A stretch of 20,000 nucleotides of DNA from an uncultured virus (IMG/VR IMGVR_UViG_3300042863_002994) (lineage: Duplodnaviria; Heunggongvirae; Uroviricota; Caudoviricetes). The translations under genes and the position numbers were made by a program. Position 1 is the stretch's first letter; each line of letters begins with the position of its first letter. Location of the stretch: the IMG/VR virus record IMGVR_UViG_3300042863_002994, one strand, 5' to 3'. This document shows, in pieces, positions 1-7,983 of the stretch. The notes under the pieces were generated by a model. That model was not told where the DNA came from. It searched no databases and saw only the letters and a program-made list of their open reading frames with translations.

Positions 1-2197
1 CAAGAGATTGTAAGTATTCAAAAAGATCCAATGAAACTCCATTTGCATCTTTGAATCCTGAAAGAATACTATTTGAAGTGTGTAAATAAGTTTTATTATT
101 TATTACAGTAGTTTCAGATAAGTGAGTATCTAAACCTCTGGCGGATAACTCATTTTCCATTCTTACTCTTAGATCTTCTTTATCAGCTTCTTTAAGTATA
201 AAATCATTATCATTTAAAACATCATTTAGATTATCCGGGAATTCAATAGTTAATATTTCAGACCAATCTGATTCAACAGGGGATTCTGGATATCCAACTT
301 CTGATATGGATTTTATTTTTATTTCAACTCTTTCTCCGGTACTTATTGATATATCCAATTGATTTATATTTGGAGTATCTGCATCAGATACATCTTCAAT
401 TTGCCAGAAATATTCACCAGTCGATTTATCAAAGAAACGTTTCCTAACATCAGTTTTAAATTCATTCCAATTTGAAAAAGCCGCAGTTTTCTCTACATTA
501 TTCTCTGATATGTTGAATGATTCAACAGATGGTTCTTTGCCATCTTTTGATGTGTATCTATATTGTACTCTGAATTGAATTACTTCTTGTGGAGTTGTGC
601 CTCTTGTAACAACCGCTTCTGGTATATTCCAAAACCCTCTAAGTCGGAACTTTGGTTCTGCTTTTGTTTGGTTCTGTCTGGAAAGATCAATAATTTCTTG
701 AACTGTTGATGAGTAGAGTTTTGATTTTGAAGATCTTTTTGTATTTAAAGATTCAATCTCTAATTCAAACTTCTTTCTTTCGGCAACAGATGTGAATTTT
801 GTTACTTTAATTTTTTTATTTCTATCTTCAATTGCTTCTTGAATCTGTCTTATTTCATTCTTCAAAGTAACAGAATAATTATGTTTATTTTTTACAAGGT
901 TTGCATCAGGAGAATCGGTCAAATGTCTATTTATCTGAACAACTTTAAAATTATCTGGATTCAAACTAACCAAGTTTGGAGTACCAGCTAAAGAATTTGG
1001 TTTTTTCTTAGCAACAAGATCTTTTAAAACATCACCATAATCATATACTTGCTCGACATAGAATTGTTCCATAGTCTGACCATTGGTATTGTCTGTTGAT
1101 GAAACTATCAGATCGTTTGTGTAATATCCAGTTCCTCTTGACCAATCCCTTGAAACAAGATTGTTATCCGCATTTACAGGTTTTACAAAAACAACATTTC
1201 TCTCATTATATCCTACTGATATTCTAAGTCTTTTAGTGTATATCACCGGTGAGTAAACCTTAAGGGTTCCTATTCCAACAGCAATAGGTTGAAGTCCCTC
1301 AACTCTTTCGAACCTTACACGAGGATTTGATTCTGATAAAGAAACTTCAATAACTTTATATCGGGTATTTGATATTTCCTGATTTATTATCAATTCACTA
1401 CCAACGGATAGTTGTTTAACCTCAAGTGATTCATTTACAAGGTAATCCAATGTGTTCAAGTGATACCATAATTTTCTATTCAAAGTATCTTCTTCAATTC
1501 TTATCACATTGAAAACTCCATCATAGAGTAATGTATTTGGTTGAAGATCAAACATTTGTTCATCATATTTTGGATTTAAAGGTTCTACCAAACCAGGAGT
1601 TGTGTTATGCCAGTTTACAAATTCTTGTATGTCAATGTCTATTTTTTCTCTGAATAGTCTATTGAATGAGTCTAAAGCTGATTGTCCTAGCGGGGTCAAA
1701 CTACCATCTGTATTTCTTGAAAAATCGACAATATATCTCCTTATTAAACATTTTCTAACATTATTCTCTATCTTGTCGGATAAATCAAATTCAATTTTTA
1801 GTATAGGATTGAGTAATCCATCAAAAAACCAATTTTTCTCTGTTTTAAATTGTCTAACTACATTTAACTCTGTTATAGGATTAGGTTCTCTATTGAGATC
1901 AACTGTTATTATCTTTTTGAATTGATTCTGTGATGTTGTTTGTATAAGAGCTCCTGTGGTATCAATTGAATAAAGTGAATTTATAGAATTGTTCAACCTC
2001 TCGATTTCACTTTTAAGATAAGTGAATGATGGCAGTGAATAAGTATTCAAAACACCGTTTGAATCAAATATCCTTACCTCAACAGATGGATTTGTCGTAG
2101 TTGACAATGAGTTGATTTTTGATAATATTTCTACAATATTTGTATTAAAGGAAGCTACTTGCTCAGCTACTGATGCAAAGGATGATTGGATTGCCAT
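1..2197 (-). CDS. Large hypothetical protein, probably virion structural (>732 aa, C-terminus runs off the window); contains a coiled coil and an FN3-like segment
   Basis: ATG at 2197 reads MAIQSSFASVAEQVASFNTNIVEILSKINSLS...KNWFFDGLLNPIL...PKFRLRGFWNIPE...QEVIQFRVQYRY...EVGYPESPVESDWS...ILSGFKDANGVSLDLFEYLQSL, still in frame at base 2. It is absent from the ORF track because there is no stop in the window. A TAATATATA motif lies upstream. The structural role is inference. Confidence 0.85.
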   Translation of the reverse strand, partial: MAIQSSFASVAEQVASFNTNIVEILSKINSLSTTTNPSVEVRIFDSNGVLNTYSLPSFTYLKSEIERLNNSINSLYSIDTTGALIQTTSQNQFKKIITVDLNREPNPITELNVVRQFKTEKNWFFDGLLNPILKIEFDLSDKIENNVRKCLIRRYIVDFSRNTDGSLTPLGQSALDSFNRLFREKIDIDIQEFVNWHNTTPGLVEPLNPKYDEQMFDLQPNTLLYDGVFNVIRIEEDTLNRKLWYHLNTLDYLVNESLEVKQLSVGSELIINQEISNTRYKVIEVSLSESNPRVRFERVEGLQPIAVGIGTLKVYSPVIYTKRLRISVGYNERNVVFVKPVNADNNLVSRDWSRGTGYYTNDLIVSSTDNTNGQTMEQFYVEQVYDYGDVLKDLVAKKKPNSLAGTPNLVSLNPDNFKVVQINRHLTDSPDANLVKNKHNYSVTLKNEIRQIQEAIEDRNKKIKVTKFTSVAERKKFELEIESLNTKRSSKSKLYSSTVQEIIDLSRQNQTKAEPKFRLRGFWNIPEAVVTRGTTPQEVIQFRVQYRYTSKDGKEPSVESFNISENNVEKTAAFSNWNEFKTDVRKRFFDKSTGEYFWQIEDVSDADTPNINQLDISISTGERVEIKIKSISEVGYPESPVESDWSEILTIEFPDNLNDVLNDNDFILKEADKEDLRVRMENELSARGLDTHLSETTVINNKTYLHTSNSILSGFKDANGVSLDLFEYLQSL

Positions 2198-2219
2198 ATA
2201 TTAAAAATAAATTTTTATT

Positions 2220-2228
2220 TATATATTA
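2220..2228 (-). promoter_or_regulatory. TAATATATA putative phage late promoter
   Basis: Lies 22 nt upstream of ATG 2197 and extends into TATAAATA, the T4 late promoter consensus. The motif recurs upstream of five other genes. Confidence 0.55.
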
Positions 2229-2253
2229 ATAAACGTGGTTTCGTTATTTTTTT

Positions 2254-2261
2254 TATATTTG
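2254..2261 (+). promoter_or_regulatory. Bacteroidota-type -7 promoter element (TAnnTTTG)
   Basis: TATATTTG is followed by CATA and then ATG 2266, an exact match to the Bacteroidota primary-sigma -7 consensus. No clean TTTG -33 element is present. Confidence 0.5.
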
Positions 2262-2265
2262 CATA

Positions 2266-2637
2266 ATGAACATATTTGAGAAATCTGAATGGAGATTATC
2301 CAAAACAAGGAATAGAGGTTTTAAAATTGATAAAAAATTTCATAGAACTATATTTAAGTTCTATCATTTTTCAATTTCTGAAGAAATAATAATATGTCAA
2401 TATCCAGATAGTAGTGAGCCAGTTCTTTACTATTGTAGATTTTTTTCAATTGAAGAAGAAGAATTTTTTAATCCTATTATTTATAGGATTATATACAGGA
2501 TTTCAACAAAATTTATATTTAAATCGCCCAATGCAGAACCAGCAAAGTCCTCGAAATTTATTTATAAATATAGATTTTTAAGAGAATTTATTCCGGATAT
2601 TAAGAGAAATGATATATTAGAAGAATTGGGGATATGA
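2266..2637 (+). CDS. Hypothetical protein (123 aa) with C-terminal KRNDILEELGI tag
   Basis: ORF track. It fills the gap between two genes, has a promoter-like element directly upstream, and shares its C-terminal motif with ORFs 9244 and 9716. Confidence 0.75.
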   Translation: MNIFEKSEWRLSKTRNRGFKIDKKFHRTIFKFYHFSISEEIIICQYPDSSEPVLYYCRFFSIEEEEFFNPIIYRIIYRISTKFIFKSPNAEPAKSSKFIYKYRFLREFIPDIKRNDILEELGI

Positions 2638-2738
2638 ATATTTTAAAAAATTATATCATAAAGGATCATGGTTTTTCATGAAAATGTTTCTATGTTGAGA
2701 AAAGATACTTTGAGATATTATTTTCCACTTTTGGAACA

Positions 2739-2747
2739 TAATATATA
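2739..2747 (+). promoter_or_regulatory. TAATATATA putative phage late promoter
   Basis: Recurrent motif, 19 nt upstream of ATG 2767. Confidence 0.55.
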
Positions 2748-2766
2748 AAAGAAAAAATAAATTACT

Positions 2767-3180
2767 ATGAAATACCTTAAAAAATTTGAGAATTTTAACT
2801 CTGATGAAGAGTATGATAATGAAGAGTATGATAATGGAGAAGAAGATGTCTTTAGTGACATGGATGGAACTTGTGAACCATGTGATTCTGATGAGGATGA
2901 GGATGAAGAAGAATACATTGAGCTTCCAGAAGAACCAATGTATGGATCGATAACATTAGAGAAGAAAAAATCTACTTATAAAAAATCCGGACTAAAGAAT
3001 CCAGAAAAAGCAGATCTTGATAAAGATAAGAAAATTTCTCCGTATGAAAAGAAAAGAGGAAAAGCAATTCAAGATTCTATGGAAGATCAAGAAGAAGAAA
3101 AGGGTAAAGGACTTACTGCAAAACAAAAGAAACTTCCAGAAGGATTGAGAAAAGCTATTGAGAAAAGAATGAAAAAGTGA
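2767..3180 (+). CDS. Bipolar acidic/basic protein (137 aa), putative internal head or core protein
   Basis: N-terminus is MKYLKKFENF. Residues 7-65 have 27 D/E and no K/R, followed by a Lys-rich half with the motifs DLDKDKKISPYE and LTAKQKKLP. The function is inference. Confidence 0.8.
   Translation: MKYLKKFENFNSDEEYDNEEYDNGEEDVFSDMDGTCEPCDSDEDEDEEEYIELPEEPMYGSITLEKKKSTYKKSGLKNPEKADLDKDKKISPYEKKRGKAIQDSMEDQEEEKGKGLTAKQKKLPEGLRKAIEKRMKK
2806..2835 (+). repeat. Perfect 15-bp tandem duplication (GAAGAGTATGATAAT x2, encoding EEYDN x2)
   Basis: Read directly from the sequence. Confidence 0.9.
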
Positions 3181-3968
3181 TGAGAATTAAAAGGTTTATA
3201 GAATCCTTAGAAAATGATGAAATAAAAATAAAAAACTATCTTATAGATTTTGAAGATAGAACAGACTTTGAATTTGAAATTTCAGTTTCAAATAATTTTA
3301 TAAATATTAAAGGATCTACAGATAAATTACAAGTTGAAAAAATTGTATTTATGAATGAGATTATCAATTTACTATCTTTGATAAAAAATCTTGGATATAA
3401 AAATTTAGATCGATTTAATGTTATATCTTTATTGCCTGGTAAATGTCAAGTGCAACTTCAGTTTGTTGATGAATTGGAACAGGAAATAAAAGTTCCAGAT
3501 ATTAACTCATTTATAGAATTTAAATCATTTATAGAAACAACTTTGGCATTAAAATTTATGGAATGGGATAGCGAATTATACATACCAAATAATTCACCAG
3601 ATAGAGATTTAATGATTGAATTTGCTGATGGACATTTTATAATATCGGGACCTCCTTATAGTATAAATTGGAATATTTTTAAACCAGAATTTAAAAAATT
3701 CTTGGAACCTCTTATAATCAAAGATAAAGAGCGTCTAGCACATACATATTATGATATAGATGGTAGTATGTATAAACACATGCCCTCCTGGGCCGCAGTT
3801 AAAGATGATGATGGTAAAGAAGTATCAAAAGAAGAAATAAAACTTTTACAAAAATCCTATAAAGAAAAGCTTTTCAAATTTGATAAAAGTGGTGCAAAGA
3901 TTATTGTTAAAATATATGAATTTTTAAAAGATAAAAGTTTTGACGATACATTGTATCTTTCTAATTAA
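3180..3968 (+). CDS. Hypothetical protein (262 aa) with N-terminal MRIKRFIES tag, possible head-packaged protein
   Basis: The ORF track starts it at GTG 3177. ATG 3180 overlaps the upstream stop (TGATG coupling) and is the more likely start. Confidence 0.8.
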   Translation: MRIKRFIESLENDEIKIKNYLIDFEDRTDFEFEISVSNNFINIKGSTDKLQVEKIVFMNEIINLLSLIKNLGYKNLDRFNVISLLPGKCQVQLQFVDELEQEIKVPDINSFIEFKSFIETTLALKFMEWDSELYIPNNSPDRDLMIEFADGHFIISGPPYSINWNIFKPEFKKFLEPLIIKDKERLAHTYYDIDGSMYKHMPSWAAVKDDDGKEVSKEEIKLLQKSYKEKLFKFDKSGAKIIVKIYEFLKDKSFDDTLYLSN

Positions 3969-5625
3969 CTTTTGCATTAACTTTTTTAATTGATTCATGA
4001 AACCATTTCGGAAAAAGATGTGATGAATATTTTAAAAGATCAGCAAAAGATCCATCTATAATAATAGTATCACCCCAATCAGAATTTGATCTTATTATTC
4101 TTCCAGTCATTTGACATATCTCTGATATGGTTCTATAATTATACCAATCTGAATTCATTTTTTGTCTTAATTTATTTTTCTGGGAAGCAAGAGAAGGATA
4201 AGGAACTTTTGCAATTATTTGAAACCTTGCAAAGTCATCATCCAATGAAACTCCGGTACTCATAGAAGGTGATACTATGACACTTGATTGTTTAGTATCA
4301 AAATGTGCTTTTAGAACTTCATCTTTATTTGATGAGTCGTGATAAACAAGTCTTGAATTTTTGACATCTCTAGATATCCAACTAGCCAATTCAAATGAAT
4401 TTGTATGTATAAGTCCTTTTTTATCTGAGTATTTATTAAGTATTTTATTTATAAAAGGTATATAATTCCTAAATGTTTCTTCTTTGTTCTTAAATGACAT
4501 CTTTCCAAGTGGCATATAATAAATAGGTCGATTTTTAACATCAAATGGTGAATCGATTGAATAATAAACTGTTTTATCTATATCCAATCCATTTAGTTGG
4601 CAAAATAGATTCTTGTCCAATATTGTTCCAGACATTAAGAAAACCATATCATAATTTGAGAAAATGTATTTATCGAGGTAATCTGATGCCCATATAGGCT
4701 CTAATGAAAGCTCTTTTTGTTTTGTCTTTTCATTCCAACTCGATTCAAGTACCCAGTTATCTGGATTTGATTTATGTTCTTTTAAGAAGACCTCTATTTT
4801 TGATTGATATTTTTTAAGATCAGATATGATTGTCATTAATTTTGAATCTGCATTTTTCTGATTCAGAATTTTAGATATTTTGTTATCTCTTTTGTCATTT
4901 TTAACATTTCTATCGAATGACATAGAACGATCTATCTCTCCTATTGTTTCTGCGCATTTTCTTTCAAGTTCCTCAAGAAAAGAAACATACTCTGAAATTG
5001 TTTTAACTTTTTTAAGATCCGATATTATTCCTTTTTCATCCGAGAATTTAAGTCTTTTTACAATGTTTTCAGTTATTTTTATAGATATGAAATCGGACAT
5101 GACATCATCAAGTATATGAGCTTCGTCAACTATAAGAACTTTAGATCCGCGCATCTTCAAAAGTTCTGGCATATAAAGAGTATATAGTATATAAAGATAA
5201 AAGTTAGTAAGTGATATATTACCATTAATAAAAGATTCTTTAGCACCTGAATATGGACATGATTCACATTTAGTTTTATTCAATTTATTGAATTCCTGTC
5301 CTTCTGAACAAGAGCAGCTATATTGAGAACACTCATAATTTTCCTTACCCTTTAGATCATTTATAGAATTGTATGTATTTACATATTGATCCTGAAGTAT
5401 TTTTGAATTGGTTATTATATCAACTCTTGAACCTTTGGATACATTTTTCTTATACCAATCTGCTATCATAAGAGCAAGGTGACTTTTTCCAACTCCGGTT
5501 GGAAGATTAAGTAAGAATATTTTTGATTCTTTATTTTTATTCCATTCTTCATTAATGAATTTTATACAATCTTCTTGTTCTTTTCTAGGAAAATATTTGT
5601 CAAGATCTTTTTTAAGTGAGCTCAT
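3961..5625 (-). CDS. dinG: DinG/YoaA/Rad3-family SF2 ATP-dependent DNA helicase with Fe-S cluster region
   Basis: Q motif PRKEQ, Walker A LPTGVGKS, Cys cluster GKENYECSQYSCSC...CESCPY, Walker B VDEAH, motif III MSGT, and helicase_C_2 motifs GVSLDDD, KVPYP and QMTGRIIRS. The symbol is assigned at family level. Confidence 0.93.
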   Translation of the reverse strand: MSSLKKDLDKYFPRKEQEDCIKFINEEWNKNKESKIFLLNLPTGVGKSHLALMIADWYKKNVSKGSRVDIITNSKILQDQYVNTYNSINDLKGKENYECSQYSCSCSEGQEFNKLNKTKCESCPYSGAKESFINGNISLTNFYLYILYTLYMPELLKMRGSKVLIVDEAHILDDVMSDFISIKITENIVKRLKFSDEKGIISDLKKVKTISEYVSFLEELERKCAETIGEIDRSMSFDRNVKNDKRDNKISKILNQKNADSKLMTIISDLKKYQSKIEVFLKEHKSNPDNWVLESSWNEKTKQKELSLEPIWASDYLDKYIFSNYDMVFLMSGTILDKNLFCQLNGLDIDKTVYYSIDSPFDVKNRPIYYMPLGKMSFKNKEETFRNYIPFINKILNKYSDKKGLIHTNSFELASWISRDVKNSRLVYHDSSNKDEVLKAHFDTKQSSVIVSPSMSTGVSLDDDFARFQIIAKVPYPSLASQKNKLRQKMNSDWYNYRTISEICQMTGRIIRSNSDWGDTIIIDGSFADLLKYSSHLFPKWFHESIKKVNAKVN

Positions 5626-5686
5626 ATTATTTATATGAAAAATGAAAATATAGTTTAATACATATTTATGAAAAAATCCAAAGCAG

Positions 5687-5763
5687 GTTATAATAATTTA
5701 TAACTTTATACTTTTTTCAAAGCATCTTAAATAAGTTGGTGAGTTAGATTTGTCATTGACAAA
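5687..5763. promoter_or_regulatory. Two 7-bp inverted repeats in a divergent intergenic region (candidate operators)
   Basis: GTTATAA-taat-TTATAAC at 5687-5704 and TTTGTCA-t-TGACAAA at 5749-5763. Confidence 0.35.
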
Positions 5764-5795
5764 ATAAAAATGAGGAAGGATATAGAATTCATTTT

Positions 5796-5804
5796 TAATA
5801 TATA
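5796..5804 (+). promoter_or_regulatory. TAATATATA putative phage late promoter
   Basis: Recurrent motif, only 4 nt upstream of ATG 5809. Confidence 0.55.
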
Positions 5805-5808
5805 AAGA

Positions 5809-6759
5809 ATGAAATTACTCCGTTATAAAAACTTTATTAAAGAATCTATTGAAGAAGTTGATACTCTTCTGAAAAATGTAGATTCGCCACTCAATGTCGC
5901 AAAATTGCAAGATTTAAGATTAGAATTTAAGAAAGTCATAATTGATTCCACATCCCATTCTAGTAGTTTTTCTTCATTAGCATCTTCTAATAGTGATCCT
6001 GATAAAGATTTCAATGAAATTCAAAATGAGCTTGATTTGTTGGGGTTTAATTTTGATTATATTGAAAAATTATTTTCAAAAGAAGTTGATAAAGTACTTG
6101 GTGATTTTAAATCATTTATCGAAGGGTATGTTTACGGAAATAGTTTAGATCAGATGAATGGTATAGTTGATATTTATCTTTTTATGTTAAATAAAAAATT
6201 AAATCTAAACACTAAAGTTTATTTAGGTGGAGAAGGTTGGTCAGATATGATAAATACTCCTGATACTGGATATCCAGGTGAAGAAATAATACTTAAGTAC
6301 GCATATGGATACCACAGAACAAAATATGGTAAATTACTACTTTCTCAGGTACATATGACACCAGAAGATTTTGAAGAAGAAGCATTTTATCATTTAAAAA
6401 GAGCTCTTACTGAGGAATTGACATATTACTATGAAACAAAAGAATTGCCAAGATATTTATCAATTAAAAAATTACATTTTGGTTTACCATCAATTACAAT
6501 AGAACCAGATGATTTCAGAGAATTATTAGATAAGAGTTTAATATCAACTGAAAATTCTCTAGTATTTAATATTCTTGATTTTCTTGATGAATTATTTGAA
6601 AACTATGAAGATAAATATGATGAAGGAAAAGAAATCGTAATGGGTATTATAGAAAAATGGATATCACATACACTCAATAATGCCTTTAGGATACTAAAAA
6701 CTCTTGATAAGATAGAATTAGTTGAAAATTCCGTACCAGTCAGACATTTAGGTGGATAA
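5809..6759 (+). CDS. Acidic hypothetical protein (316 aa) with N-terminal MKLLRYKNFIKES tag, possible head-packaged protein
   Basis: ORF track. The N-terminus resembles the T4 capsid-targeting sequence, and a late-type motif lies upstream. Confidence 0.85.
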   Translation: MKLLRYKNFIKESIEEVDTLLKNVDSPLNVAKLQDLRLEFKKVIIDSTSHSSSFSSLASSNSDPDKDFNEIQNELDLLGFNFDYIEKLFSKEVDKVLGDFKSFIEGYVYGNSLDQMNGIVDIYLFMLNKKLNLNTKVYLGGEGWSDMINTPDTGYPGEEIILKYAYGYHRTKYGKLLLSQVHMTPEDFEEEAFYHLKRALTEELTYYYETKELPRYLSIKKLHFGLPSITIEPDDFRELLDKSLISTENSLVFNILDFLDELFENYEDKYDEGKEIVMGIIEKWISHTLNNAFRILKTLDKIELVENSVPVRHLGG

Positions 6760-6771
6760 AAACATGTAACA

Positions 6772-7908
6772 TCATGATATATTATATAATAATATAGAAT
6801 TTAAATCTCTATAATCCTTATCAATTATAAACATAAAGTTATAACCATTTTTTATAGAATATTCCTTTTTTGATAGATTTTTATCTAACTCATAGTTATA
6901 TGTATAACTAGATTTTACCTCAATAATTAAATTGTATTCAGGTAAGTAAAAATCAGGATGGTAATAATGACTTTTATCATTTAAAAAATATTGTATGGAT
7001 TCAATTTTTTCGATCTTTAATTTATCATAATATTTTTCTAAAAAGTCAAGCTCATAGGTTCCTTGGTAATACAAATCGGTGTTATTATATTTTTTGGATT
7101 TTAGTCCTGATTTTTGTTGTTTATCGTGTATTATTTGACATTGATTATGTGATGTATATCCATATTTATCTATACAACTATTAATTGTTTTTTCTCTCCA
7201 TTCATCTGTTTGTGTATAATGATCAACACCATACTTTAGATTACAGGTAGTCTTTCTATTTTCCAAAATTTTATCGAGTTCTTCTTTTGTCCTATTTTTC
7301 CAAATTTCACTAATTCTTTCTTTCCACTCATTTGTTTGCGAATTATTAATAAACCCAAAATTTTCTAATTTTGTTTTAACTCTTTTCTCTTTAACTATTT
7401 CACAATATGAAGGATTCTCAACTCCATATCTTTCTAAACATGTTTCTATTGATTTTATTTTATACTCATCTGTTTTTGTATAGCAATCAACACCATATTT
7501 TTCTAAACAAGTTTCTTTTCGATTGTTAAGTATTAAAATTTTTTCATCTTCTGTTTTATTTTCCCACTTTTCTTTAACCATCTTTTTATTAGATTCTAAT
7601 TGAGAATTACAAACAACACCGTATTTTTCTAAATTTGTTCTTCTAACTTTTACATTGTTACATTTTTTACAACAATAGATATCTGTTTCATTTTTTGTAA
7701 ATTTTAAATAACTTCGGTATTCCATTCTACAAATAGAAAAACAAGAATCACATTCAACATCTACCAAAACATGACTACCATCTGATAGATCTTTTGCAAA
7801 AATCTCATTAAATCCTATCTTTAAATCATAATAAGATTTTAATTTCTTTCTAAAGTGAAATATATTTCTATTTGAAACCTCTATTAAAACTTTTTTAGTT
7901 ATTATCAT
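6772..7908 (-). CDS. Free-standing homing-endonuclease-like protein: Zn-binding N-terminus, six T(C/N)LE(K/R)YG-type repeats, C-terminal PD-(D/E)xK nuclease
   Basis: CDSC and CCKKC Cys motifs; YG/FG repeats at aa 96, 138, 161, 184, 226 and 249; catalytic-type motif YHPDFYLPEYNLIIEVKS preceded by QGTYE. Confidence 0.8.
   Translation of the reverse strand: MIITKKVLIEVSNRNIFHFRKKLKSYYDLKIGFNEIFAKDLSDGSHVLVDVECDSCFSICRMEYRSYLKFTKNETDIYCCKKCNNVKVRRTNLEKYGVVCNSQLESNKKMVKEKWENKTEDEKILILNNRKETCLEKYGVDCYTKTDEYKIKSIETCLERYGVENPSYCEIVKEKRVKTKLENFGFINNSQTNEWKERISEIWKNRTKEELDKILENRKTTCNLKYGVDHYTQTDEWREKTINSCIDKYGYTSHNQCQIIHDKQQKSGLKSKKYNNTDLYYQGTYELDFLEKYYDKLKIEKIESIQYFLNDKSHYYHPDFYLPEYNLIIEVKSSYTYNYELDKNLSKKEYSIKNGYNFMFIIDKDYRDLNSILLYNIS
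7123..7650 (-). repeat. 88-codon internal tandem duplication, each unit holding three YG repeats
   Basis: Repeat spacing is 42,23,23,42,23 aa. NNRKETCLEKYGVDCYTKTDEYK aligns with ENRKTTCNLKYGVDHYTQTDEWR at an offset of 88 aa. Confidence 0.85.
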
Positions 7909-7912
7909 ATAG

Positions 7913-7921
7913 TATATATAA
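7913..7921 (-). promoter_or_regulatory. TTATATATA putative late promoter of the endonuclease gene
   Basis: Lies 4 nt upstream of ATG 7908, the same spacing as at 5809. Confidence 0.5.
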
Positions 7922-7930
7922 AGAATGTAT

Positions 7931-7963
7931 TACTCCCTTCTCACTTTTTTACTACTTTTTCAA
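7931..7963. promoter_or_regulatory. 11-bp phased direct repeats, candidate RHH operator
   Basis: TACTCCCTTCT / CACTTTTTTAC / TACTTTTTCAA, with ACT at 7932, 7943 and 7954. They lie between the divergent endonuclease and RHH starts and are followed by an A12 run (7962-7973). Confidence 0.45.
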
Positions 7964-7983
7964 AAAAAAAAAATATAATTTTT

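Noticed and set aside
1602..1925. 107-aa plus-strand ORF
   Set aside because: Antisense shadow of the long minus-strand gene 1-2197; Ser/Leu/Phe-rich with no motifs.
2634..2748. Possible frameshifted mini-gene: MNILKNYIIKDHGFS*, which would extend to 37 aa if one T of the T5 run at 2672-2676 were removed
   Set aside because: The ATGA coupling to the upstream stop is suggestive, but it is too short and has no recognisable homology, so it cannot be supported without read data.
2718..2918. 66-aa poly-Ser minus-strand ORF
   Set aside because: Antisense of the Asp/Glu codons of the acidic protein.
3961..5625. Type IV CRISPR (CasDinG) locus
   Set aside because: No cas genes or repeat-spacer array are visible in the window.
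5772..5780. GAGGAAGGA as a Shine-Dalgarno site
   Set aside because: It is about 28 nt from ATG 5809 and upstream of the putative promoter, so the spacing is wrong.
4880..6014. ORFs 4880-5119(+) and 5823-6014(-)
   Set aside because: Antisense shadows inside the helicase and the 316-aa gene.
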